Under the pieces are notes generated by a model. That model was not told the origin of the DNA. It did not search any database and saw only the letters and a list, made by a program, of their open reading frames with translations. A program made the position numbers and the translations under genes. From a virus (Duplodnaviria > Heunggongvirae > Uroviricota > Caudoviricetes), in IMG/VR virus record IMGVR_UViG_3300032280_000361: a DNA stretch of 64,000 nt; one strand, 5' to 3'. Below are positions 49,601 to 59,200 of this stretch, in pieces. Numbering within the stretch: position 1 is the stretch's first letter; each line of letters begins with the position of its first letter.

Positions 49601-51867
49601 ACATGACTCTCTCCTGCAATTACAATTGGTATCTTACCTTTCGCTACTAATTCTTTTCTTTTCTCTATAATATTCTCATCTCTCGTATCATTGAACGCAA
49701 CTTGAATATCATTTATTTTTGTTTCCTTATCACCATTATCCTCCGGAAATGCTAATCTGAATAATGTACCTCTATCACCACTTCCTTCTGGATTTTCTTC
49801 ATTAGGTACTTCTCCCGATGGGTTATCAAAATTTTCTATTGGTGGGAATCCAGCTTCTTTAACCGCATCTTCTAAGAATTTTCTACCTTCATCATCTAAG
49901 AAATCTTTTGGTGACATTGTATCAGTTCCCTCACCTTGCCCAATCATACTAGCCCAATTACCAGCTTTCACTTGTGAATGATTAAGACCAGTTTTCTCCA
50001 TTTGTTTTTTATACAACTTAGATTGGTCATCATGTACATCTAACTCATCACCATCCCATGTATCAATTCCAGCTCCCAATTTCTCAAATCTCGGAGCTGC
50101 ATAATCCATTTCATCGTTAAATTCTAAATCTCCTTCATCATTTGTTGCACCACCCTCTCCTAAGAATACAATATTTTCCCATTCTTCTTGAGGAATAGTT
50201 GCTTTTATTTGGTCAATTATATCATCAACCATTTTGGTTTCACCATGAACGGTTCCAAACATCATTCCACCATCTTCAAATTCTATTGTTTGGATTTCTT
50301 TACCTGATTTTTTACCTTTAAATTTCTGTACTTTTGAATCAGTATCTTCATTAGCCGATTCTAATCTAGTAGGTTCTCCAACTGTACCTTTTCCAGAATC
50401 TTCTTGTTTATTCTTATCTATCGTTTGTTGTGATTTAAATGCTCTGGCTTTAGCTTTATTCTGTGTACTTGCTTTAGGGTCATCTAAAACTAAATCAGGA
50501 TTATCTTTTGGTAAAGTTTTTTCAGCTTCCTTTTCTTTGGTATCCAATGCTTTTGTAGCAGTATCAATCATAGATGCAGTATCCGGCTTATCATTATCAG
50601 ATTCTCCATCAGTTGGTTCTTCTGAAGGTGTTTGATTGTTTAACTCAGCTTTTTCTTTATCTGTTAAAGGTCTTAAATTACCTTTATCATTTTTAAGCTC
50701 AGCTTGTCCTCCATCTTTACTAGAATAATATCCACCTCCTAAGTGAAACTTACCCGGAAATTCTTTTGATTCACCCTTACCATCTTCTTCATTTAGTATT
50801 CTATTAAACAATTCATTTAAATCTATTACTTCCGATTGTGGTTCGTTTGGTTTTTTCTTTTCGTTGTATGAATCAACCATAGACATCATTAATTCATCCG
50901 GTATATCCATATTCTCCATATTATCAGCCACAGCATCCATAAAATCAGCTAACATTCTTTCATCATCTCCATCTGCTCCCGCAAATAAAGATGCTCTACC
51001 AACTCCAACTATAATAGTTTCGGCTACGGCGTGTGGTATCAATTCCATTGCAACGTGCTTAGCAAAATAAGCAGCTCCATGTGCCAATCCACCTCCCGCT
51101 GCAGCAAATAATGCAGTACTAGCTACCTTAATTCCAACTGATATTAATGCCTTCTTTTGTTCTTTTTCTAATGGTTTTCCACTTACCAAATTCTTAACGG
51201 CTGCACCAGCAGCTTTAAATGTATGAACCTCATGCTTAAACCCATGAGCAATAGCATTTCTAGCACCTTTTACTTTATCTTTTAACGTATCCGCAAAACT
51301 TCTACGAGTTGGTGAACCAGGTTTATCTTCTCCTTTTTTGAAAAATTCCTTTTCTTTTTCACTCCATTTTTCTACTTTACTTTTCAATACATCCGCAGGT
51401 GTTTTAACTACGGGTGCAGTTTTCATAGGAGCAGGTGCTTCTACGGAAGAATCTTTTGGTTTTTCTACTGAAGGTGTTTCGGGTGAAGGTTGATTTGGTT
51501 TAGGAGTGTCGTTAGGCTTTTCCGCAGTAGGTGGTTTACTACCCTTTGAATCGAACTTAGCTTTTTCTTCAGGAGTTACGGGTCTTAGATTACCCTTATC
51601 GTTTTTAAATTCAGCTTCTCCTCCATCTTTAGAGGAGTAGTATCCTCCACCTAAATGGAATTTGCCTGCAAATAAACCAGATTCTTTTTCATTTTCCGCC
51701 TCATTTATAAACATCTCTTCCAACAACGGTTTAAGATGTCCATAACCCAATTCATCACATATTTCTAATAACGCAAAAACCTGCTCTCTATCCTTCATAT
51801 TAGGGAATGGATATGTTACAGATAATTCTAAAAGAAGCTCATCTATGATTTTATTAATATCAGCCAT
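46690..51867 (-). CDS. 1725-aa multi-module protein with ParB/Srx-like domain and internal repeats
   Basis: LKATQ...PIYVSRDGYVIDGHHRWAA; three LGGGYYS repeats. Confidence 0.7.
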   Translation of the reverse strand: MADINKIIDELLLELSVTYPFPNMKDREQVFALLEICDELGYGHLKPLLEEMFINEAENEKESGLFAGKFHLGGGYYSSKDGGEAEFKNDKGNLRPVTPEEKAKFDSKGSKPPTAEKPNDTPKPNQPSPETPSVEKPKDSSVEAPAPMKTAPVVKTPADVLKSKVEKWSEKEKEFFKKGEDKPGSPTRRSFADTLKDKVKGARNAIAHGFKHEVHTFKAAGAAVKNLVSGKPLEKEQKKALISVGIKVASTALFAAAGGGLAHGAAYFAKHVAMELIPHAVAETIIVGVGRASLFAGADGDDERMLADFMDAVADNMENMDIPDELMMSMVDSYNEKKKPNEPQSEVIDLNELFNRILNEEDGKGESKEFPGKFHLGGGYYSSKDGGQAELKNDKGNLRPLTDKEKAELNNQTPSEEPTDGESDNDKPDTASMIDTATKALDTKEKEAEKTLPKDNPDLVLDDPKASTQNKAKARAFKSQQTIDKNKQEDSGKGTVGEPTRLESANEDTDSKVQKFKGKKSGKEIQTIEFEDGGMMFGTVHGETKMVDDIIDQIKATIPQEEWENIVFLGEGGATNDEGDLEFNDEMDYAAPRFEKLGAGIDTWDGDELDVHDDQSKLYKKQMEKTGLNHSQVKAGNWASMIGQGEGTDTMSPKDFLDDEGRKFLEDAVKEAGFPPIENFDNPSGEVPNEENPEGSGDRGTLFRLAFPEDNGDKETKINDIQVAFNDTRDENIIEKRKELVAKGKIPIVIAGESHVELVDKMMQKGSDRKTETKKVEPEKIADEMPKADKETFSKDGKALDGISPNDLNQFNTDISKISKMLDDAKAKGEPAPDINLCDITIPGTNLYCDDNKGIPREEMPQFKGKAVDGSRAAGMETDKDGEVDTEPVFREMLKEKNIKVLQTEVPADKLKATQKDLVGGKVIGMMGALEKDPNHPKITAPIYVSRDGYVIDGHHRWAAIVAHNAKNPNNPIPMKSTVIDMDIKDAIPMANKFAEDMGIAAKKADAKDGELPKPKEPNEKEGGVIYPLGGGYYSDTKGGTAQYMKSESVVNKVFIEENIKFIHLLFEENLTMKTPSGKEVMVKSIDVKDQPEANKEVQNAKEEGTPNVDVATARTNLKISDDVIKKRISEANKHIDNSEADDSTKEILKDTIAKILKGEDVDPNNSEIASKWLAVRVGGGNDIGLYIAKTEGDFNSNSREKIQMNIDPQKVEDYDTKTEEWNDSMVNKYGLPIRTQTGAYVNKKDWTANKMNKKRRKVKFEVSENGNSVTVDGVTYTKRPVPDKKTLVEQTNLVEQFIKQGSSEEEANEEARKVIAAIERGNTMVDKLSKDGEMEVVDYGPTDTNDNRKKTLKNTIDKTRKSILKSIKKYSGLSEEEILEKYADLFKSIDEIEKSAPINNPNWDSMSAEEKEKASAEYLGKLTNVLQNIRRDKDIASGGPDIAEVLVFMNEIGKGNQAFLPSSSNFPTVDIVSFNQQKTPPENATPEELAEFYANEYSANSISFIDSDAESIKLGKGGASAGPSKTDGSTFNNEKTKEVLDSMMDSYHAIYGDYPPSKEAIDKAEEGYKVQRAHMIEILIGQGKTAEQAERMVSDVENKAINGIGGKPSAYQQAKKSYQNSLGEEEMDAEFDRGLKLYNKTGMLFEMMFNEDVKSNNFGNVRFVESGTGARTRISMEVLDGINEKCCVKFNPNPGELKIKGDASGKRKAGINVSYSTWIVKCKK
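50669..51666 (-). repeat. duplicated 29-codon unit GKFHLGGGYYSSKDGGxAExKNDKGNLRP
   Basis: copies at 51581-51666 and 50669-50754; degenerate third copy near 48737-48798. Confidence 0.85.
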
Positions 51868-51871
51868 AAAA

Positions 51872-52267
51872 TTAATTAAATTCTATTTTTTCAAAAATTC
51901 TAGTTGGAACTTTTCTAATTCCTTGTAAACCCGTTAATATAATACAATTTCTAAATTTATCCCAATCTAAAGAGAATGAGGTATCTAATACTCCTCCGTT
52001 TTCCTCTTTAATTAATTGATTCAATGCATTGATTGTATATAGGGTATTCGATTGTTTCTTTCTATGTACCAATATAGTGTTGGATAACTGCTTATTTGGT
52101 CTGAACTCCACATCGATATTATATGTAATATATAACTCATCTAAATTCGTCTTATTCTGTAGAATGTAGATGTAGTTATATACTATTTTATAATTTTCTC
52201 TAATTTGCTGTAATATATCCTGCAAAACTTCTTTATCCGTAAAGGTGCATAGTAACTGTGTTTTCAT
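51872..52267 (-). CDS. hypothetical phage protein
   Basis: MKTQLLCTF...HRKKQSNTLYTINALN; TACTTATA upstream. Confidence 0.65.
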   Translation of the reverse strand: MKTQLLCTFTDKEVLQDILQQIRENYKIVYNYIYILQNKTNLDELYITYNIDVEFRPNKQLSNTILVHRKKQSNTLYTINALNQLIKEENGGVLDTSFSLDWDKFRNCIILTGLQGIRKVPTRIFEKIEFN

Positions 52268-52305
52268 CTAACGATTTATTTTATACTTTTTATCCTATAT
52301 AAGTA

Positions 52306-53544
52306 TTAAATATTTCCGTAACTATAATTTTTCTCCACCTTTGTAGGAGATATTCTATGTAAAACCTCCTCTATTTTAGATAAAAGTTCAATTTCGTTAG
52401 TATCAACATCAAATAAAAAAGAATCATATGTGTAAAGTACCAATTTTGTCTTAGTATTTTCTAATAGAATATTCAGTTGATGAAGTAGTAAAACGTTTTG
52501 TTCAGTCTCTAATGCCTGTAAATAATAGTTGAATACCTTTTGTGGGTTATGTTTATCTATCTTAGTGAAAGGTATTCGTTTTCCAAATCTAGTCTCAATA
52601 AACCCATTAACTATAAATTGGTTATAAAGTTTGATTATAAAATCATTTGTTTTTTGGAAAAATGGTATCTCTAAATTATGAACATCTATTCCACCATATA
52701 ATTGTTGGAAAGTAATCTTCTTACTATTAAGGTAATCCTCTTCTGTTAATTCTTCTTTCCCAAAATATTGTCTCCCTAACCATTCATGTGCAGAACCTTC
52801 GGGTATAATCTCTCCTATCAATTTTGCAATCAATCGAATATGATATCCATCAAAATCATATTGAACCAACTCTCCATTCTTACTAACGATAAAATCTCTA
52901 CTACCATCCGATTTCTTAAGAGCAGAATAATTTACTCCTCCAAATGTATTCGAAGGTCTTCCTGTAGTAGTAAAATTATTGTAAAGAGAATACTCATATC
53001 CATATGTGGTAGGAATACCATTTGCTTCGATTCTAAGGAACGATGGGATTGTATAATCATTATACCTAGCAAATCCATTTGAATCGATTCTAACGTACTT
53101 AGCGTTCTCCACAACGAACTCCACAACTCCTTTTAGAATAGTTGCAATTGGAATGAATGAAATATCACTTTTATCCCTATATCCATTGGTGAAAGATTGG
53201 TATATCATATCATACGCATATGATTTAAATTCCATTAAGTGGTATGAAACATCTACACTTTTCCAATTTGTAATTTTGGTTTGGTGTAAGAACCATTTTG
53301 TATCAAAGATGTACTTAATCCTATCACTTCTTTCTAATATGGATAGGCTAACTGGCACACAATCATTGTGGTCTTCCATTATAACCCAACAATGTTCTCC
53401 TATAAACACAAAAACACCCAACAGCTTATTGGCTATAGGGTGTTGTGTTCTATTTTTGAATAGTGGGAATATAACGGAATCTTTGGATGTATATTCATCC
53501 ATAAATCGTGTCGCAATATCTTTATTTTCTACATAGTAAACCAT
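52306..53544 (-). CDS. divergent family A DNA polymerase
   Basis: TTTGRPS, motif A DFDGYHIRL, motif B SKKITFQQLYG, motif C YTYDS; start moved to the ATG at 53544. Confidence 0.75.
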   Translation of the reverse strand: MVYYVENKDIATRFMDEYTSKDSVIFPLFKNRTQHPIANKLLGVFVFIGEHCWVIMEDHNDCVPVSLSILERSDRIKYIFDTKWFLHQTKITNWKSVDVSYHLMEFKSYAYDMIYQSFTNGYRDKSDISFIPIATILKGVVEFVVENAKYVRIDSNGFARYNDYTIPSFLRIEANGIPTTYGYEYSLYNNFTTTGRPSNTFGGVNYSALKKSDGSRDFIVSKNGELVQYDFDGYHIRLIAKLIGEIIPEGSAHEWLGRQYFGKEELTEEDYLNSKKITFQQLYGGIDVHNLEIPFFQKTNDFIIKLYNQFIVNGFIETRFGKRIPFTKIDKHNPQKVFNYYLQALETEQNVLLLHQLNILLENTKTKLVLYTYDSFLFDVDTNEIELLSKIEEVLHRISPTKVEKNYSYGNI

Positions 53545-53550
53545 ATAGAA

Positions 53551-53582
53551 CAAATATACGAAAAATTTTTAAGAATTCCAAT
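53551..53582 (-). promoter_or_regulatory. Bacteroidota-type promoter
   Basis: ATTG-N20-TATATTTG. Confidence 0.6.
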
Positions 53583-54345
53583 ATTTTTTTTGTAAAGGTT
53601 GCAATTCAATTGGCTCTCTCTTCATATGTGAACCCTGATTGAAGTATGCTCCCCTTTTAAGGTATCCTCCTAATAAATTTCTACGGAATCTGTTTGAATC
53701 GTTTGCCTCTGAACCATGTACACAATGTGAGTGAAGTAGAACTACCTGTCCCTTTTTAAGAACTCCTTCTACTTTACGGAAATCATGTCCTTCTGGCATA
53801 ATACAAGGTTTACCTCTTTCGTTTCTCCAAAAGTTAGGATTAGTTTTAGCTCTTTCCTCATCCACTTCGATTGGTAAAGTTGGTAAACGATGTGAACCTT
53901 CGTAGTTCCATACTGCTCCATTACCCGCATCGTGATTATCTAATGCCAATGCAGTATTGATGATTTCATTGTGTCCGCATCCTGTATAGAACGCATTTTG
54001 GTGCATATCTCTACCTAATTGTCCTGGTGGTTTAAAATACGACCAAGTCTGCATACCAACAATTTCACCTCCCATAAGATATGAACATGCTTCGATAATC
54101 TTTGGGTGAACAAATAATCTCTCTATTTTTTCTGAGATTTTGTGTGGGTATGAAAACGGGTCCCACTCTCCCCACTCTTTACCATCTGGAGTAAGTGTTC
54201 CTTTTCTTTCCTGACGAAGTCTTTCTAACTCATCATTTATTTCATCACACTCTTCTTCGGTAAGTAATTCTAAGGTTGTAAATCCTCTGTATCGCCAATC
54301 AAACGTAATTTGTTGGACTTCTAAATCTGTAAGATGTTTGAACAT
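53569..54345 (-). CDS. phytanoyl-CoA dioxygenase-family (PhyH) enzyme
   Basis: FKPPG, HQN, NGAV...GSH, HGSEAN.S..R. Confidence 0.85.
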   Translation of the reverse strand: MFKHLTDLEVQQITFDWRYRGFTTLELLTEEECDEINDELERLRQERKGTLTPDGKEWGEWDPFSYPHKISEKIERLFVHPKIIEACSYLMGGEIVGMQTWSYFKPPGQLGRDMHQNAFYTGCGHNEIINTALALDNHDAGNGAVWNYEGSHRLPTLPIEVDEERAKTNPNFWRNERGKPCIMPEGHDFRKVEGVLKKGQVVLLHSHCVHGSEANDSNRFRRNLLGGYLKRGAYFNQGSHMKREPIELQPLQKKYWNS

Positions 54346-54413
54346 AACTTTGTTGTTTATTATAACTATAAATATACGATGAATTATTTAATTTTCCAAA
54401 TAAATTTATTATT

Positions 54414-54803
54414 TTAATTACCTCTGTAAAATTGTTTTAGATTAACTAAGTATAAATTTATATCCGGTAAAATCTTTATTGCTTCGGTAATAGACCTTCT
54501 ATTTGAATTAATCACAGATGGTATCAAAGCTCCCTGAGTTGTGTATTCATCTTCTAAATTACCACTTATTCTCCAATTAATTTTTACTCCTCTGTAAAAA
54601 TTAGAATTATTAAATTTATAAAATATCTCTTTATCTACTTCAAAAATAGGAGAACCTGATGTATCCCTCAATTGAACAAAATATCTTGTTATCACACCTT
54701 CATTGTAATTATCTTGAGTAGGTGAAGGAAAAAAAGTTCTAGGTATTTTTGTATTAATAACTACACTTTTTAGATTTTTATATTTTTTTATTAAATCATT
54801 CAT
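54414..54803 (-). CDS. tail/baseplate-associated hypothetical protein
   Basis: last gene of the tail run; P.PT..Y..G.I.RYF pattern. Confidence 0.5.
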   Translation of the reverse strand: MNDLIKKYKNLKSVVINTKIPRTFFPSPTQDNYNEGVITRYFVQLRDTSGSPIFEVDKEIFYKFNNSNFYRGVKINWRISGNLEDEYTTQGALIPSVINSNRRSITEAIKILPDINLYLVNLKQFYRGN

Positions 54804-54807
54804 ATCA

Positions 54808-56949
54808 CTATCCTTTATAAAATGGTCTAAAACGTCCGGACACTTCTGTAATCCATTGTTTAGTATCTACTTTATGTGTAATCTCTTCTACCTGAAATGC
54901 ACCTCTTTTATTATACTGAGGAGGTAATCCAATAACTCTATATAAATGTCCAACCTTAAATCCACTCATCCCTAATACAGTAAAACTAAATTCAACATCT
55001 AATGGTCTTCCAGTGTAAGCCTCACCCGTTCCTTTCACTCCATTCATATTTGTTCCAGTTTTTCTTACATCGGTAAATACCTTTTTATTAAGATACATTC
55101 CAGCTCTTCCCCATGCATCAACATTATTTTCTTCAATTTGGTCTTTATCTATAAATTCAGGATTCATTATGATTTTTACATTTCTCCTCAAATCTTTCCA
55201 TGCATTATCCTTTGTATCATCAGCCTCTATTGTTTGGTCAGGTTTAGCTGTTTGAGTTTCTACATTTAATTTTTTAAGTATGTTATCTTTTTGATTAGAA
55301 AATAGACCAGTTAATTCATTAGGGTTAGATACCTTCCCATCGGTAGCTTTCTCCATATAAACCTTTGAAGACATTTCCTTAGATATAGTTAAATTAAAGT
55401 TACAATCTAAAAAGAAACTTTTTGTACCTATCATATTAAATTCAACGATACTACTTCCTCCGCTTGGATTTCTTAAATTTCCATCTGCAATAACTAATGT
55501 TCCTCCATTTTCAATTATCTGAAATCCCCACATACCATCAACTGCTTCACTCATTACACTTAATACCCCATCTAATACATCTTTAATAGGTCGGGTTACA
55601 TCTCTCCATGCCTGAATTGCTACTTCCATATCAATGAATACATCTCCTATCCATCCACATGTTCCTGCAGCTATAGTTACACTTTCATTTCCTTTTGTGT
55701 ATGTTTGACCACCTTCTCTAGGAAAACTTATTCCTCCTACCGATGTATCAATCGTAGCTGCTCCTTTTCCAGCTGGTGCAGATGCTACATAATATGGTTC
55801 ATCATTTAAAAAGTTATAAGATTTTTTATTTGGAATAAAAACTCTCTCATCGGTAGAAAATATACCTGAGAAAGAACTTATAAATATTTTTGGTGCATCT
55901 CTAGTTCCAATATCCATTGTAAAATCCGCTGGTGCACCTTCACCTGTTTCGAATTTTACTCTCATTTGATTTAATATTTCTATAAACATATAGAAACTCA
56001 AATATTTTTTACTCGTTATAGGGCTCTCCGAATCAGTTGCGGTCATTTGTTTTCCTTGCCATACCATATCACCGGAGAATGTGTTATTAAACATCCCCTT
56101 TGTTGTTTCAAATTTCGCCTCATCTAATGCTGATTCATTAAAATTTACAAAGTCACCTTTTGGATTAGCTTTAGCTACCGCAGCTAATACAGATGTAGTT
56201 CTAAATTCAGCAGGAAGTTGATTAAAAAAATAAGAAACGTTTACTGCTGGGTCTTTTGCTTCTTCTTGTTGTGTTATAGTTTTACCTGGAACTACAACTG
56301 GCGATGGTTTCTCTGCTACAGTATCAACCTGCACTCCTTCCTGAGAATGATTCATAAGTATTTCTCCCATAGTTGTAATCTTACAACTAATGTTAAATTC
56401 CTCACCACTTATACCAGATTCTCCACCGGTTATAATGCCTACTAAATTATCATAACATCCTCCATTTGAACTTCGTATATCAAACAATGCATCTGGGTTT
56501 CTATTATATTTGTTTACATTACCGGCATTAGCAGCAACCGGCCCTACACTTTTTCCTTTTGAAATAGAATAATTCCATCCCCATTGTACCATAATACTGA
56601 TACCAGGTTCCATAAAATATTTTTGCATTTCAGTAAGTTGCTCAGGAGTGAAACATTTAATTTTTAATGTTGCCATTCTTAATGTTCCCCTATTTGCAAA
56701 GTCAATTGAAAAATCTGTAATGATTGGGTTTGGTCGGTACTTCATTTCCGATGTAGTATCATATGAAGGATTACCTCCTCCGAATATACTATCATACTTA
56801 CCACTTGATAATGTAAATTGACTTCCTAAATTAGAAGTTGCTGAAATCCAAGGTACTAGACGTGAAACTTTTATCGGGTCTATTCTAGCCTCCAATTCCT
56901 TTACAATATAATCATCTATTGATTTGTACCACGGAAACCCTACTGCCAT
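54808..56949 (-). CDS. baseplate hub-like protein
   Basis: YFMEPGISIMVQWGW; C-terminal GMSGFKVG...FQVEEITHKV...WITEVSG hub-like signature. Confidence 0.6.
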   Translation of the reverse strand: MAVGFPWYKSIDDYIVKELEARIDPIKVSRLVPWISATSNLGSQFTLSSGKYDSIFGGGNPSYDTTSEMKYRPNPIITDFSIDFANRGTLRMATLKIKCFTPEQLTEMQKYFMEPGISIMVQWGWNYSISKGKSVGPVAANAGNVNKYNRNPDALFDIRSSNGGCYDNLVGIITGGESGISGEEFNISCKITTMGEILMNHSQEGVQVDTVAEKPSPVVVPGKTITQQEEAKDPAVNVSYFFNQLPAEFRTTSVLAAVAKANPKGDFVNFNESALDEAKFETTKGMFNNTFSGDMVWQGKQMTATDSESPITSKKYLSFYMFIEILNQMRVKFETGEGAPADFTMDIGTRDAPKIFISSFSGIFSTDERVFIPNKKSYNFLNDEPYYVASAPAGKGAATIDTSVGGISFPREGGQTYTKGNESVTIAAGTCGWIGDVFIDMEVAIQAWRDVTRPIKDVLDGVLSVMSEAVDGMWGFQIIENGGTLVIADGNLRNPSGGSSIVEFNMIGTKSFFLDCNFNLTISKEMSSKVYMEKATDGKVSNPNELTGLFSNQKDNILKKLNVETQTAKPDQTIEADDTKDNAWKDLRRNVKIIMNPEFIDKDQIEENNVDAWGRAGMYLNKKVFTDVRKTGTNMNGVKGTGEAYTGRPLDVEFSFTVLGMSGFKVGHLYRVIGLPPQYNKRGAFQVEEITHKVDTKQWITEVSGRFRPFYKG

Positions 56950-56953
56950 AATT

Positions 56954-57232
56954 TTATAAATTATTTATTATCAAAAACTTATCCTTTGGAATTCTTAGTT
57001 GAATACCAGCTTCAACTCCTATATTTACACCATTCAAATTATTTGCTTGTGCAATAATCCACCATAATCTACTATCGTTATAAAATTGATTAGCCAACAA
57101 ATCCAATCTATCTGAATCTTGTGTGATAATATAGATATCATCATCTCTTTTTTCAATGGTAGTTGGAATATTAGTCTTCAATACTTTCTTACCATTTGCC
57201 AATTTTCGTATTCCTATTTTTTCGTATCTCAT
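56954..57232 (-). CDS. LysM/tail-X-like baseplate protein
   Basis: DRLDLLANQFYNDSRLWWIIAQAN...GIQLRIP; start moved to 57232. Confidence 0.8.
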   Translation of the reverse strand: MRYEKIGIRKLANGKKVLKTNIPTTIEKRDDDIYIITQDSDRLDLLANQFYNDSRLWWIIAQANNLNGVNIGVEAGIQLRIPKDKFLIINNL

Positions 57233-57233
57233 A

Positions 57234-59198
57234 TTAAATAGTATTTTTATTAGCACTCTTACTAATAGGTTTACCATATCCATAAAGATTATTCTGAGTT
57301 GTATTTCTAGACTCAATAAATGTTAATCCTATTGATGCGTTAACTATCTTAGGTAATTTATAATGGTCCATATTTAAATCACCCGAATTATAATTAATTT
57401 CTTTTTCCTTTGCTTTTATGTTAGAACTATTTGTTCCTTTATTATATACCTCATTATTCTCTACTTCAAACTTACCGATTTTTTGAGTTTTTTTAATACC
57501 ACTTATAGATAATAGTTTAGAGTTATTATCTGCTCCAACATTAAATCTACTATTGAAATCAACAAACCTACCATCTTTTGTTTTTATTTTATCTCCTCCT
57601 AATTCCCATAGATTTTCCGATTCATCTATTGAATATGATAAACTATCTATAAAACAAACTTTATCAACATATAGATTACCAAATGTAAAATATATTAAAG
57701 TAGGTTGAAATATACCACTTGCAGTATAAGAATCTGGATATGTACAATGTGAAATAAATTCTAATCTTCTCCACATTAATACTAACTCAGGTTGAGACAT
57801 TGCATAACTCTTAAAATTAAAAGTTAATTTTCTCTCTACACTTGTAAAGTTATAAAAATTAAAAGGATGTCCTAACATTCTACTCGAATCCCATCCAGGT
57901 GAAAATGTTTCATTAAATCCTGTCACTACTGAACGTACATACACTGCACTTCCATCATTTACTTTTTGAAAACGTAGTGGTATCAAATCTACTTCAGAAA
58001 TATCTGTACCATTTACTTTAACAGTTTGTAATTCGGATTCTGTAAATTTACCGGTTTGATTTAATATATCTCTATCCGTATATAATCCTCTTCGTTTTCC
58101 TAATTCATTATTCAAAACTGCATCTTTGTTATAGATAGATTTTTTAGATGTGTCCTTTGAATATCGTGTTATTTGTTTTTCTTTTAATGTAGACGGTTTT
58201 AAAAATTCTAATAGTGTATTGTTTTTTAATTTACCTTCAAATAATGATTGGTTAGAACCCGTTGGTAAATAAGGATTTACAAATGTATTAAATTCTCCTA
58301 ACTTCTGTTTAGTAGGTTCTCCGAATTTTTTATGAGTAGTATCTTCGGATAAAACTAATCCATATGTACTTTTATTTGACCATCTAACTTTTCCAAAAAC
58401 TCCAGTTGTACCTTTTAATCCTTTTACATTCGATGTTGAAGTAATATCAATTTGGTTATATGAATTTGCTTCTGTAAGTTTAGCCATTGAAGTTTCATAT
58501 GTATTTCCATCAAAATATTTTTGATTAAAAAATCCACCATAATTATCTAAACTACCCGATGTTATAGGTACAACTCTATTATTATTTCCTAATGTACTTC
58601 TAATCGCTCCTTTTGCCAAACCTATACCACCTCCGATTACCTGCTTTGATGCCTGTTGGGGAGTTCCTCTAGCAGTATCATTTAGATATCTACCAATTAA
58701 CGAACCTGCCGCATCTTTTTTTATCTTAGCAATTGTTTCGTTTGTTAAAGGCTCTTTTCCTTTTTGAAATGCTTCTTCTGCTCTCAATGATGATGGATAT
58801 ATCGTAGTAGGTATTCCTAAGAATTTATTTACCTTTCCAGCAAATCCATTTGAATTTTTTAATATTGATACTACTGCTGCGCTATCTTCATTTGTTTTAG
58901 CCGCAATCATACCTTGTATAAAAGAAGTTGTTTTTTGTTGTAATCTTACCGTATCAGTACCATATAAAGTAGGTTCATTTATAAATCTCCTAACTCTTAA
59001 TCCAGTTGTTTCTTGTTCAAACGCAGTTTCCTTTAATGGGTCATCAGTTCCTAACGCATTTCCCAAAAAATTACCTACTTTATTTTTTCTATCAATAAGA
59101 AATTGACCTCCCTGAGAAGTACCACTTGTAGGAGGTGCCTGTGGTATTTGTTTTGATATTTTATTGCTTTCAAAAAGCTCTAATATTGATTTTCCCAT
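57234..59198 (-). CDS. baseplate / tail tube initiator-like protein
   Basis: ETFSPGWD..MLGHP..FYNF..VERKLTFNF; follows the tape measure gene. Confidence 0.6.
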   Translation of the reverse strand: MGKSILELFESNKISKQIPQAPPTSGTSQGGQFLIDRKNKVGNFLGNALGTDDPLKETAFEQETTGLRVRRFINEPTLYGTDTVRLQQKTTSFIQGMIAAKTNEDSAAVVSILKNSNGFAGKVNKFLGIPTTIYPSSLRAEEAFQKGKEPLTNETIAKIKKDAAGSLIGRYLNDTARGTPQQASKQVIGGGIGLAKGAIRSTLGNNNRVVPITSGSLDNYGGFFNQKYFDGNTYETSMAKLTEANSYNQIDITSTSNVKGLKGTTGVFGKVRWSNKSTYGLVLSEDTTHKKFGEPTKQKLGEFNTFVNPYLPTGSNQSLFEGKLKNNTLLEFLKPSTLKEKQITRYSKDTSKKSIYNKDAVLNNELGKRRGLYTDRDILNQTGKFTESELQTVKVNGTDISEVDLIPLRFQKVNDGSAVYVRSVVTGFNETFSPGWDSSRMLGHPFNFYNFTSVERKLTFNFKSYAMSQPELVLMWRRLEFISHCTYPDSYTASGIFQPTLIYFTFGNLYVDKVCFIDSLSYSIDESENLWELGGDKIKTKDGRFVDFNSRFNVGADNNSKLLSISGIKKTQKIGKFEVENNEVYNKGTNSSNIKAKEKEINYNSGDLNMDHYKLPKIVNASIGLTFIESRNTTQNNLYGYGKPISKSANKNTI

Positions 59199-59200
59199 TA

